32,000 nucleotides of DNA from Aciduliprofundum boonei T469. GTDB taxonomy: Archaea > Thermoplasmatota > Thermoplasmata > Thermoplasmatales > Aciduliprofundaceae. The notes beneath the pieces were generated by a model, which was not told the DNA's origin, did no database searches, and worked only from the letters and a program-made list of their open reading frames with translations. The first letter of the stretch is position 1, and each line of letters starts with the position of its first letter. The stretch is from contig NC_013926.1 in assembly GCF_000025665.1 (NCBI RefSeq), forward strand, positions 120,001 to 152,000, given 5' to 3'. Below, one piece after another: positions 15,801-22,683 of the stretch. The translations under genes and the position numbers were made by a program.

Positions 15801-17745
15801 TCTGTGCCTGCTGTGCAAAATCAGTATTGCTCTCTATATGAATCGGTCTTGATACATAATATGCATTAAACTCTAATTCATATACTTTTGATGTGTCATT
15901 CTCTGATACAGCTTTGATGGTTATAAGTGATGAATCTCCCAACTTGGCATTGGTTGGCAATTGGATAGTCATATTCACTTTTATACTTACTCCAGCAGAT
16001 AGTTCCTCCTTACTTGGCAGAGATACGCTCCAGCCATTTGTTGCCTGTGTTGTGATTAGTATAGCATCGGATTTATTTCCTGCATTTCCTATCCATACTG
16101 GATATTCAAGGCTATCCGTATAGATATGGGCGATACCATTCACCAATGAGACATGCACGTATGGAAAATATTCACTAGGCGAAAATGGGGAAGAAGAGAT
16201 AACCATAGGAGTGGTGGCAGGGACATCTGGAGATTCTGTTGAGTTTTGCCACAGATATTTATATCCATATGGATAGTATTCTATCTTAAAGGAATCCACT
16301 ATGCTAGAGCCACTATTGCTTGTTCCTATTTTCAGATAAAATTTATTCTGGTAACTTGAATTTACCCATTCGTTGTAAAACTCGGTGATATCCAAAGCCA
16401 TAAAACTTGGAAAACTATAGTTTCCACCATCCCAGATTGGAGTTCTGTAATAATTTGAATTCTGGAAGCCCAGAGCAATATTCACAGAAGCATCTCTTGG
16501 TCCCGGGTTGCTAAAATGCCAGGTTGCAAGGAGCTTTGGATTATAGGAATGCTGAGAGATAGGAACTAGAACATAGGCATATGGCCAACCCTGAGATACT
16601 TTTTCCTCCAAGGCTTTGTATGTAAGCCAGTAAAAACCATGATCTCCAAATCCTGTGCCCCATGAATTTACAACTCTGAACGCTCCTACATCTCCATCAT
16701 CCGTTATGTTATCATCATATCCTACAATTGTTTGTGCATGGTTTAGCCCATAAGAATTGTATTCTTGTGAAGATATGATATAGTTTCCATCAACAAATCC
16801 ATTATAATACTGAGAAGCATCTATGGCAAATGTAACAAGATACCCCTCTCTAAGCAACTCTTTTATTGTCTCTATTCCACTATCATTTCCAAAATAAACA
16901 AGATAATAACCTGCAATTCTATGCTTAGGAGCATCTCTCCACGCACTCTCATTTCCCCAAGAAGTATAATCTGAAGGATTATAAGTCATATTAGCCAATG
17001 TAGCGTCTCCAACTGATTCAATCAACTCGGCATTGCCTTCAAAACTGCTTCCATAATCTCCACCTCCATTCACCTTGTTGTAAGTCCAAGAGGGGCTCAT
17101 AAGATGTGCAGGAGAATCATCAGTCCAGTTGTAAATCATTCTCTGCAAGAACCCATTTTGATAGTAGCTCACTGCCCAAGCAGTGCAAGAACCCTGCCAT
17201 TTTTGATCTCCCACAGGAGGAAAATGTGGATCCAAATCCCACCTTACAGTGCTTGGTTCTTTTACCTTTGTATTCAAACCGATTATCATCTTATGTCCAA
17301 TCAAATTCTCAAGCTCTTTTTTATCTGGTAATATCAATCCTGTAGCATGTCCATCTATCATAGGCGTAGCATTATTCTTAAAATCTATACGGGTATTCAT
17401 ATACGATAAATGTTCCATACGAACTGCAGAATTTTCCATATTATATTCAGGTAAGCTATGGTATGATTTTCCACCATTACTTTCATTCAATCTCTCCATT
17501 ATTTTTTCTCTCAACTCTAACATTTTATTTATATTCTCTTGGTTAATTTTCTTAAATTTGAAATCAGAGAAGGATGTATCAAGTATATGTGTTTTCGCAA
17601 CATTTGCTTCATTAAAAGTCGGAGAGATCTTATAAGTGCTCACACCGGTGACATTCATAACAACTCCAAACCCACTGAAAATCATCAAAAGCAACAAGGA
17701 AATCACTAATACCTTCACAACTCCACTACTCTTCGTTTCCACCAC
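12859..17745 (-). CDS. Giant (1628 aa) C-terminally membrane-anchored surface protein: papain-like (C1) cysteine peptidase + NosD/CASH-type parallel beta-helix + 4 fibronectin-III domains
   Basis: N-terminal signal/anchor. C1 motifs WQGSC187TAWAV, LNHAQTIVGYDD and FRVVNSWGTGFGDHGFYW (about 16546-17253). About 570 aa of SNN-IS-NN-C-NN repeats ending in GNYWYDW...DQNGDGIVDWPY (about 14130-15850). Four FN3 units (13037-14116). C-terminal TM VWSIVLGLIITIVIIAVV plus KKRNAGKKRRI. GTG start; the exact start is uncertain, and a GTG at codon 10 is an alternative. Confidence 0.9.
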   Translation of the reverse strand: MVETKSSGVVKVLVISLLLLMIFSGFGVVMNVTGVSTYKISPTFNEANVAKTHILDTSFSDFKFKKINQENINKMLELREKIMERLNESNGGKSYHSLPEYNMENSAVRMEHLSYMNTRIDFKNNATPMIDGHATGLILPDKKELENLIGHKMIIGLNTKVKEPSTVRWDLDPHFPPVGDQKWQGSCTAWAVSYYQNGFLQRMIYNWTDDSPAHLMSPSWTYNKVNGGGDYGSSFEGNAELIESVGDATLANMTYNPSDYTSWGNESAWRDAPKHRIAGYYLVYFGNDSGIETIKELLREGYLVTFAIDASQYYNGFVDGNYIISSQEYNSYGLNHAQTIVGYDDNITDDGDVGAFRVVNSWGTGFGDHGFYWLTYKALEEKVSQGWPYAYVLVPISQHSYNPKLLATWHFSNPGPRDASVNIALGFQNSNYYRTPIWDGGNYSFPSFMALDITEFYNEWVNSSYQNKFYLKIGTSNSGSSIVDSFKIEYYPYGYKYLWQNSTESPDVPATTPMVISSSPFSPSEYFPYVHVSLVNGIAHIYTDSLEYPVWIGNAGNKSDAILITTQATNGWSVSLPSKEELSAGVSIKVNMTIQLPTNAKLGDSSLITIKAVSENDTSKVYELEFNAYYVSRPIHIESNTDFAQQAQKYGWPGDGSKSNPYVINNLYILGESAVGIYINSTDVYAVINGTHIENTQGGIYLEYSSNIVIKNSILKNIIGYGILLDSSSNNIISNNTCSNNWAGIKLSHSSNNVISSNICNNNNDGIELWDFSNNNIIYNNNCSNNKARIKVWYNEGGIFLEYSSNNMISSNTCISNERYGIYLQISSNNRLYENKLVNNGISLWGDIGAFTTQEIPTNNTVNGKPVYYFKNVNMNNASVPSNAGEVILGNVTWLKIENLQIHNSTVAIEIGGSSHITIKNNNCSNNRHGINLLYSSNNTISSNTCNNNGYGIGWWFSGIELWYSSNNVISNNICNGNGNGILDLSNNNVISNNTCNHNQGEGIFVWYSSNNVISNNICNNNNDGIELWDFSNNNIIYNNTCNDNNRYGIFLEYSSNSNIIHNNICNGNEISILLSDSSNNVISNNTFSNNWAGIELSYSSNNVISNNLLTNNSGYYGIHIYSGSNWNHIYKNNFYYNDGSGSTFKSSYVQARDDGTNNHWNSTSGIGNYWYDWANNNNTNDQNGDGIVDWPYKIDGSAGAKDYYPLRCPIGESTPSQPFNLTAKTGDGYINLSWEQPVCNGSSDIIEYRIYRNGSLIATVQANQLWYNDSDVKNGVRYTYYVTAVNSIGESQPSNEVQVTPMTVPNAPESLQAKAGNRYVNLSWEVPSDNGGSAITGYRVYRNGSLIATVQANQLWYNDSDVKNGVRYTYYVTAVNSIGESQPSNEVQVTPMTVPNAPESLQAKAGNRYVNLSWEVPSDNGGSAITGYRVYRNGSLIATVQANQLWYNDSDVKNGVRYTYYVTAVNSIGESQPSNEVQVTPMTVPNAPESLQAKAGNRYVNLSWEVPSDNGGSAITGYRVYRNGSLIATVQANQLWYNDSDVKNGVRYTYYVTAVNSIGESQPSNEVQVTIAQSGNNNQSTNTQSNEYSGILNNPYYVWSIVLGLIITIVIIAVVMKKRNAGKKRRI
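13037..14116. repeat. In-frame 270-bp tandem repeat (FN3 units): three full copies plus the 3' half of a fourth are nucleotide-identical
   Basis: Direct comparison shows unit starts at 13037, 13307, 13577 and 13847. The only difference seen within 13037-13986 is G at 13720 versus A at 13180/13450, a synonymous TAC/TAT change. The fourth unit diverges after 13986. Confidence 0.97.
14627..14723. repeat. About 97-bp segment duplicated 777 bp away inside the beta-helix coding region (copy A)
   Basis: ttgttgtatataatattgttgttgctgaaatcccatagctcaatgccatcattattgttattgcagatatta(t/c)tggatatcacattgttgctggaat recurs at 15404-15500 with one mismatch. It encodes NNNDGIELWDFSNNNIIYNN. Confidence 0.9.
15404..15500. 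repeat. Copy B of the about 97-bp beta-helix internal duplication
   Basis: See 14627-14723. The 777-bp offset equals 259 codons, so the duplication is in frame. Confidence 0.9.
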
Positions 17746-18385
17746 CTTCTATGCAACGACACAAGATATGTAAATTAGATTATAAATACTTTACGAAATA
17801 AGTAATTTTAAGCATATAATAATCAAATCTCCGTCTCAACCTCTTGTTTTGCCTTTACAAACTTCATTCTCTTTTTCCCCAAAGTTCTCATTCGTCTCTT
17901 GAAGATTGTTTCTCTATTCAATATTCAAAAACGCAAAAGGGCATTTCTCACCGAAGAAATCAGCATTTCTAAGCAGGATGCCCTATCCGTAAATCTCATA
18001 TTCTACTTTCCAGAGCAGAAACGATAAAGCACATTGGAAAATCTCCAAAAAGCATACCAAAACCCCCTCCTGCACTAAGCCTTTCCCTTAAAAAGCGACT
18101 TAATGAGAAAGAAAAACACTTCTCTTCAAAAAGAAGAACGGAATTTTTTAGGAATATACTCATAGGGAGATTAAACTCATATATTATCATAAGCTAGACT
18201 AAATTTGCAAAATTTTTTATAAAATTTATTTGAATTAATATTACTTTTATGCATAATAAAAATTAATTTGAATATATAAATAAATAATTTTCTCAAAAAT
18301 TCCGAAAATCAGGCAGGGAAAAGCATGAGTTTTTCACGCAACTTGATGGAAGAAGAAAAAGATAAATAAGAGTTAATCATCATAT

Positions 18386-19723
18386 ATGATGATGAATATT
18401 ATCAAATATACTTTGGACTATCAAGAACTTTTAATCCTCCTGGCCCAAGCGCTGGGTTTATATACTTTTGATAATTCATATAAAAATAAATTTATAACTA
18501 CTAAAAGATTATATGATTATCTTAAGAGTGTTCAAACTCTTATGAGAGAAAATGGGGTTATGTTAATTATACCCTCAAGGAAAGTTGTTTCTAACGAGAT
18601 GGCGAGATTGTATAGAATGGGGTTTTTGAGCAGAAAGGCCGTGCCTAGAAAGGTTAAAACTAAGAGTGGCAAAATTGTAAATCGAGGCATAGAGTATCAA
18701 TACTCATTTACTAAGCAGGGAATGAAATATCTTGCTTATCTTATCAAAAATGGTTCTGGTTCTTTGCCTGAGGAGTTAGATCCAGAATTAGAGGTTATCC
18801 TATCTAAAATGCGAAAAGAGGGTGAGATAAAATCCTATGAAAATGAGTTTGAACTTAGAGAAATGACAAAACTAATGTGGAAAATATGGTTTAAAGAGAA
18901 GGATGATGGAAAGATTAAGGTATTTACACCAAAGGGGTGGTCACCTGCAAATAAAAAGTTGATTAAGATTTTGGATCATGAAAAGTTGATAAAAAATATA
19001 AACATAGAGCAGGCTTATGAGTTTAGGGATGAGAATGAGAAGCTAAAAGAGAAGATAAAAGAGCTTGAAGAAGAGCTAGAAAAGAAGAATAAAGAGATTG
19101 AAAGGTTACAAGGAGAACTAAAGAAGTGTAAGGAGAAAAAAGAGAATAAAGCATTCAATATGGAGCAGAGGGAGATAGCTGCTAAGAGAAATTATCTTAT
19201 TTCTTTTGATAAAAAACCGGTAAAAAAGAGTATGGATTATTTTGAAAATACAAGGAAGAAGTTAGAAAAATATAAAAGTAAATATGCTAAAGATATTAAC
19301 AAGGAACCAGAACTTACCATATCTATGAAGATTTCAGATGATGCTGATTCCTATGAGAAGGCAAGTATTATGTGGGCAGCAAGATTATTATCTACTTTAT
19401 CTTTGGAAATAAAGAAAAGTGGGATAATAATTAGATGGATAAAGCCCCAGAATTTTGGAAAGAAGGTAGAATATGTAATATTCAAAAACGGAAAAGAGTA
19501 TGCAAGAGTGTCTTCTGATAAGGAATGGTTCTTGGACAAAGATGTGCAGGAAAATGAAAGCTATGAGTATTATGTGAGAGCTATTGTTGGAAACTCGTAT
19601 TCAGATTCTCCAAAAATTCAAGTTACCTACAAAAAAGAGAACGAAGGTGTTGTGTATACACCATTTGACTCTCATCACAGTGTTGAATGGTCAATACATC
19701 ATCCAGAAGACTTAGACATATGA
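18386..19723 (+). CDS. Protein with no signal peptide: N-terminal winged-helix-like domain, central coiled coil, C-terminal FN3-like domain
   Basis: 445 aa. wHTH-like segment ITTKRLYDYLKS...VVSNEMARLYRMGFLSRKAVPRKV...YQYSFTKQGMKYLAYL. Coiled coil ENEKLKEKIKELEEELEKKNKEIERLQGELKKCKEKKE. FN3-like IIIRWIKPQNFGKKVEYVIFKNGKEYARV...ESYEYYVRAIVGNSYSDSPKIQV (about 19418-19631). I saw no TM helix or signal peptide. Confidence 0.75.
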   Translation: MMMNIIKYTLDYQELLILLAQALGLYTFDNSYKNKFITTKRLYDYLKSVQTLMRENGVMLIIPSRKVVSNEMARLYRMGFLSRKAVPRKVKTKSGKIVNRGIEYQYSFTKQGMKYLAYLIKNGSGSLPEELDPELEVILSKMRKEGEIKSYENEFELREMTKLMWKIWFKEKDDGKIKVFTPKGWSPANKKLIKILDHEKLIKNINIEQAYEFRDENEKLKEKIKELEEELEKKNKEIERLQGELKKCKEKKENKAFNMEQREIAAKRNYLISFDKKPVKKSMDYFENTRKKLEKYKSKYAKDINKEPELTISMKISDDADSYEKASIMWAARLLSTLSLEIKKSGIIIRWIKPQNFGKKVEYVIFKNGKEYARVSSDKEWFLDKDVQENESYEYYVRAIVGNSYSDSPKIQVTYKKENEGVVYTPFDSHHSVEWSIHHPEDLDI

Positions 19724-19849
19724 TTACTTGAAAAACCATGTTTTTTGGGTTTATCACCCAAAATAGCCACACAGTTTTTGAACATAAAGAAAATAAGGAA
19801 TAAAAATGAGCAAGCAATTCTTTGGTATGATTTAGCCTCATGTGCATTT

Positions 19850-20908
19850 CTAAGAAAAAGGCGGCTTAGGAGGCCAAGGAGGTTTTAGCCAGTAACCACA
19901 ATTTGGACAATAGTTAAAATCATCCTCTACAGAGTAACCACAAGAAGGACATCTCTTTTTTTCTTTTGATATAGCATAAACAAAGAGGGGTAAAAATAAA
20001 ACCAATAAACCTAAGGCATATAATAAATACCAATTGAAACTTTCCTGAGCCTTAACTTCTTTCACATAATCATACTTTTGATGATACCCTTCATAATGAG
20101 GACCATTCAATGGGATAACCGTTAAATTATATATCTTAGCTCCTGCCGCCTCTGGAGATATCCCAACCCAGTAATGTACATTCTCTATGCCTCCTCCAGA
20201 AATCACCATACTTTGAGAACCCGTAGATTCCATATAGTAGTAATCTTTTCCATCATAAGCATAATAATACTGCAGGTATCTGGCAAAGGGTCCCGTTTTG
20301 TTCTTCACATCTAGACCCACAGCCACATGCCCGTATAGTCCTTGAAACTGCACTTCCATTGCAAATAGAACCACATCATACCCAAGAATGTAGAGAAGAG
20401 TAGCCAAAAGAAGAGATTTATCTTCACAATCTCCACCCTTCTGAAAAAGGGTTTCTAAGGGGAACTTATAATAATCCACGAATCCAGTAGATGTGAAATC
20501 GCTCACATAGGGAACATTTTGAACAAAGGTGAGAATGAAATTTGCTTCTGTAAGTCTATCCCACCCATTCTTCTTAGCTATGGTATCAAGCATATGGGCA
20601 AGTTCCCTAATATAGGTATCATTGGGCGTTAGAAAGTATGAAAGGTAGGATAAGTTGTCTCCGATTCTATAGCCCGCAGGATAATCTCGATAAAATTGAT
20701 ATGCATCATAGGGAACTGTGAGATTTAAAACCCAAAAATTAAAAGAATGATAAAGCGAGGAGTTCTCACTCCCATTTATATTAATAACCACCTCAAAATT
20801 CTGCCCATAAAAACTCCAATTGTATGCAATCTCGTTATTATCGGAATAGGCATGGGAGAGTGGGATGAACAATAGAGTTAGTGTGACAACTATAGCAATG
20901 TATCTCAT
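19850..20908 (-). CDS. Membrane protein: signal peptide, transglutaminase-like (Cys-His) ectodomain, TM, cytoplasmic C-terminal zinc ribbon
   Basis: Signal IAIVVTLTLLFIPLSHAYS. Core KGGDC161EDKSLLLATLLYILGYDVVLF...LYGHVAVGLDV...YYYMESTG. TM WYLLYALGLLVLFLPLFVYAI. Then KKRCPSCGYSVEDDFNYCPNCGYWL and a Pro-rich tail. Confidence 0.8.
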   Translation of the reverse strand: MRYIAIVVTLTLLFIPLSHAYSDNNEIAYNWSFYGQNFEVVININGSENSSLYHSFNFWVLNLTVPYDAYQFYRDYPAGYRIGDNLSYLSYFLTPNDTYIRELAHMLDTIAKKNGWDRLTEANFILTFVQNVPYVSDFTSTGFVDYYKFPLETLFQKGGDCEDKSLLLATLLYILGYDVVLFAMEVQFQGLYGHVAVGLDVKNKTGPFARYLQYYYAYDGKDYYYMESTGSQSMVISGGGIENVHYWVGISPEAAGAKIYNLTVIPLNGPHYEGYHQKYDYVKEVKAQESFNWYLLYALGLLVLFLPLFVYAISKEKKRCPSCGYSVEDDFNYCPNCGYWLKPPWPPKPPFS

Positions 20909-21474
20909 TTTTTATCATCTCGCAATTCGTATCTGCAATATGGACAATAGTTCCATTCTTCACTAACTTCTCTTCCGCATCCTGGACACACTCTATTCTT
21001 ATTTACCTGCTTAGAGCCATACAGGTCTATAAGCAGAACAACTATGGATATTGCAACTATTATGCTGCCCCCCAAAAACAGGGGCATACTCATTCCTTTG
21101 CGATATACAAAATCCACCTCTATGCTACTTTGTGAGTTGAAGTTTGCTATTACAATATAATAAACATCTTTCTGAGGAGCTTTAAACTCTAAATTCATAT
21201 TTTTCCCAGTTTGTGTGTAATAGCTTCCGTTAAATGTACCATTATTCATAAGCTTATGAAACTCTGTAGAATTCATTATATACACCGTAAATCTCTCCAA
21301 AGAGGTGAGATGGTAATTTACAACCTCTCCAGCATACATATTGAATCCTATTCCTCTAAATCCGCCCGAGGGAAGATCTACAACATTAGTGTAAGGATTA
21401 TAAATTCCGCCTAAAACCACGAGCGTAAATCCAGCAATAAACACTATCAAGGCCGTTATCTTCCAAGCATTCAC
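20905..21474 (-). CDS. Two-TM membrane protein: about 110-aa beta-rich ectodomain and cytoplasmic C-terminal zinc ribbon
   Basis: TM1 ITALIVFIAGFTLVVLGGI and TM2 LFLGGSIIVAISIVVLLIDL, then NRVCPGCGREVSEEWNYCPYCRYEL. There is a 4-nt ATGA overlap with the downstream gene. Confidence 0.75.
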   Translation of the reverse strand: MNAWKITALIVFIAGFTLVVLGGIYNPYTNVVDLPSGGFRGIGFNMYAGEVVNYHLTSLERFTVYIMNSTEFHKLMNNGTFNGSYYTQTGKNMNLEFKAPQKDVYYIVIANFNSQSSIEVDFVYRKGMSMPLFLGGSIIVAISIVVLLIDLYGSKQVNKNRVCPGCGREVSEEWNYCPYCRYELRDDKK

Positions 21475-21700
21475 AGACGCTCAACACATTATGAAATTTA
21501 AATTTTTGTAATAATCTGAAAAACCCTTAAATACCAGTTAATAATAAAATGATAACGATGACCCGAAGGATAAAAAATGAGGTAAGGTTCATCTCCATAT
21601 ATTTAGAAGAGCAATATTTAGAAGGCATTTTAGAGATTAGAATTGAAAAATTTATAAAAGAAAAGCGGGAATTTGGGGATTTTAAAAGGTTATAAACCTA

Positions 21701-22637
21701 GGTTAAGTTGAATTCCTCGAAAAACATGAAAAAAGAAGAATAAAAATAAGGAAGGATTAGACATAGAGATCATAGGCAAGAACTTTGAAGAGCAGGAGTT
21801 TAGAAGCACCAGAGAAAGAATGGGAAAATATGTAATCTCCAACAACTCTTTTGAAAGAGTGGAAGACTGATTCAATTACATTTCTATGCGAGTACTTCTT
21901 TTTCCAGTCAGGTGATTTGCTCTTTTCTAACAATCTCCTTCGCAATCCTCTTCTTGCTTTATTACGGATTGCTATGTATGGAGTTCCTCCTTTATTCAGA
22001 ACAAATCGTATGTTACGTAGAGAATCATAGCCCTTATCTGCATACACTTCTTTTACTCTCTCTTCCTCCAAAAGAGGAATGAGGTACGGTGAATCGTTAG
22101 TGTGCCATTTTGTAACTATTGCATTGGTAATGAGCTTCCTCTCAATATCCACAGCAGCATGCAATTTCAATCCTTCTCTTATTTTTCCTACTTCTCCGAT
22201 TCGCTGTGTGTAGTAGTATGAACGGTAATAAATTTGAATACCTGTGGAATCCACTGCAAATTTATTGGGTATTCCCATTATTTTCACTATTTCTCTAAGC
22301 ACAATGCGAATCCATCGTTCTGGTATTCTTCTCAACTCTCTTGAAATTGTGCTTTTATGGGGGATTTTCTTCAATCTCATTACCCTCTTTATCTTTCTCA
22401 TTTCTCGCACAATCTGGAGCATTCTTTCTATGCTTCCTGCATACTGCACCAGCACTATCAGCATTATGTGCTGGTGCAGAGTGTAGTCCTTCCTAGAATA
22501 CTTGCTCCAGTAAAGCGGGAGTTTCGCCCTCTTCATTGCTCTTAATCCTATCTTCACAATCTTGTATAACTCTAATTTCCTGCTCATCCTTTATTTATCT
22601 CTCCTATTTTATTTTTCTGTAGGGTTGCAACTTACCC
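21701..22637 (-). mobile_element. Insertion sequence (IS4/IS5-type DDE), about 937 bp, imperfect terminal inverted repeats, flanked by the direct repeat TAAACCTA
   Basis: IRL is GGTTAAGTTGAATTCCT and the reverse complement of IRR is GGGTAAGTTGCAACCCT (13/17 match). TAAACCTA occurs at 21693-21700 and 22638-22645. The boundaries could shift by 1-2 nt, giving a 4-6 bp duplication, because the terminal TA can belong to either the IR or the duplication. Confidence 0.8.
21757..22587 (-). CDS. DDE transposase (IS4/IS5 superfamily)
   Basis: 276 aa. Candidate catalytic residues lie in AVDSTGI and VYADKGYDS. YSHRNVIESVFHSFKR matches the Y-x2-R-x3-E-x6-K signature. Confidence 0.85.
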   Translation of the reverse strand: MSRKLELYKIVKIGLRAMKRAKLPLYWSKYSRKDYTLHQHIMLIVLVQYAGSIERMLQIVREMRKIKRVMRLKKIPHKSTISRELRRIPERWIRIVLREIVKIMGIPNKFAVDSTGIQIYYRSYYYTQRIGEVGKIREGLKLHAAVDIERKLITNAIVTKWHTNDSPYLIPLLEEERVKEVYADKGYDSLRNIRFVLNKGGTPYIAIRNKARRGLRRRLLEKSKSPDWKKKYSHRNVIESVFHSFKRVVGDYIFSHSFSGASKLLLFKVLAYDLYV

Positions 22638-22683
22638 TAAACCTAAAAAAAATTAAATAATAGCAAGATAATGCAAGAGTGAT

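Noticed and set aside
17996-18190. 64-aa minus-strand ORF in the long divergent spacer
   Set aside because: I saw no recognisable motif, an odd composition, and no SD or TATA context. It is probably chance. The spacer is treated as regulatory or non-coding.
21549-21695. 48-codon ORF (MITMTRRIKNEVRFISIYLEEQYLEGILEIRIEKFIKEKREFGDFKRL) ending in the IS target duplication
   Set aside because: It is too short and featureless to support. Its stop codon precedes the IS boundary, so the IS did not truncate it. It is noted only as context for the IS finding.
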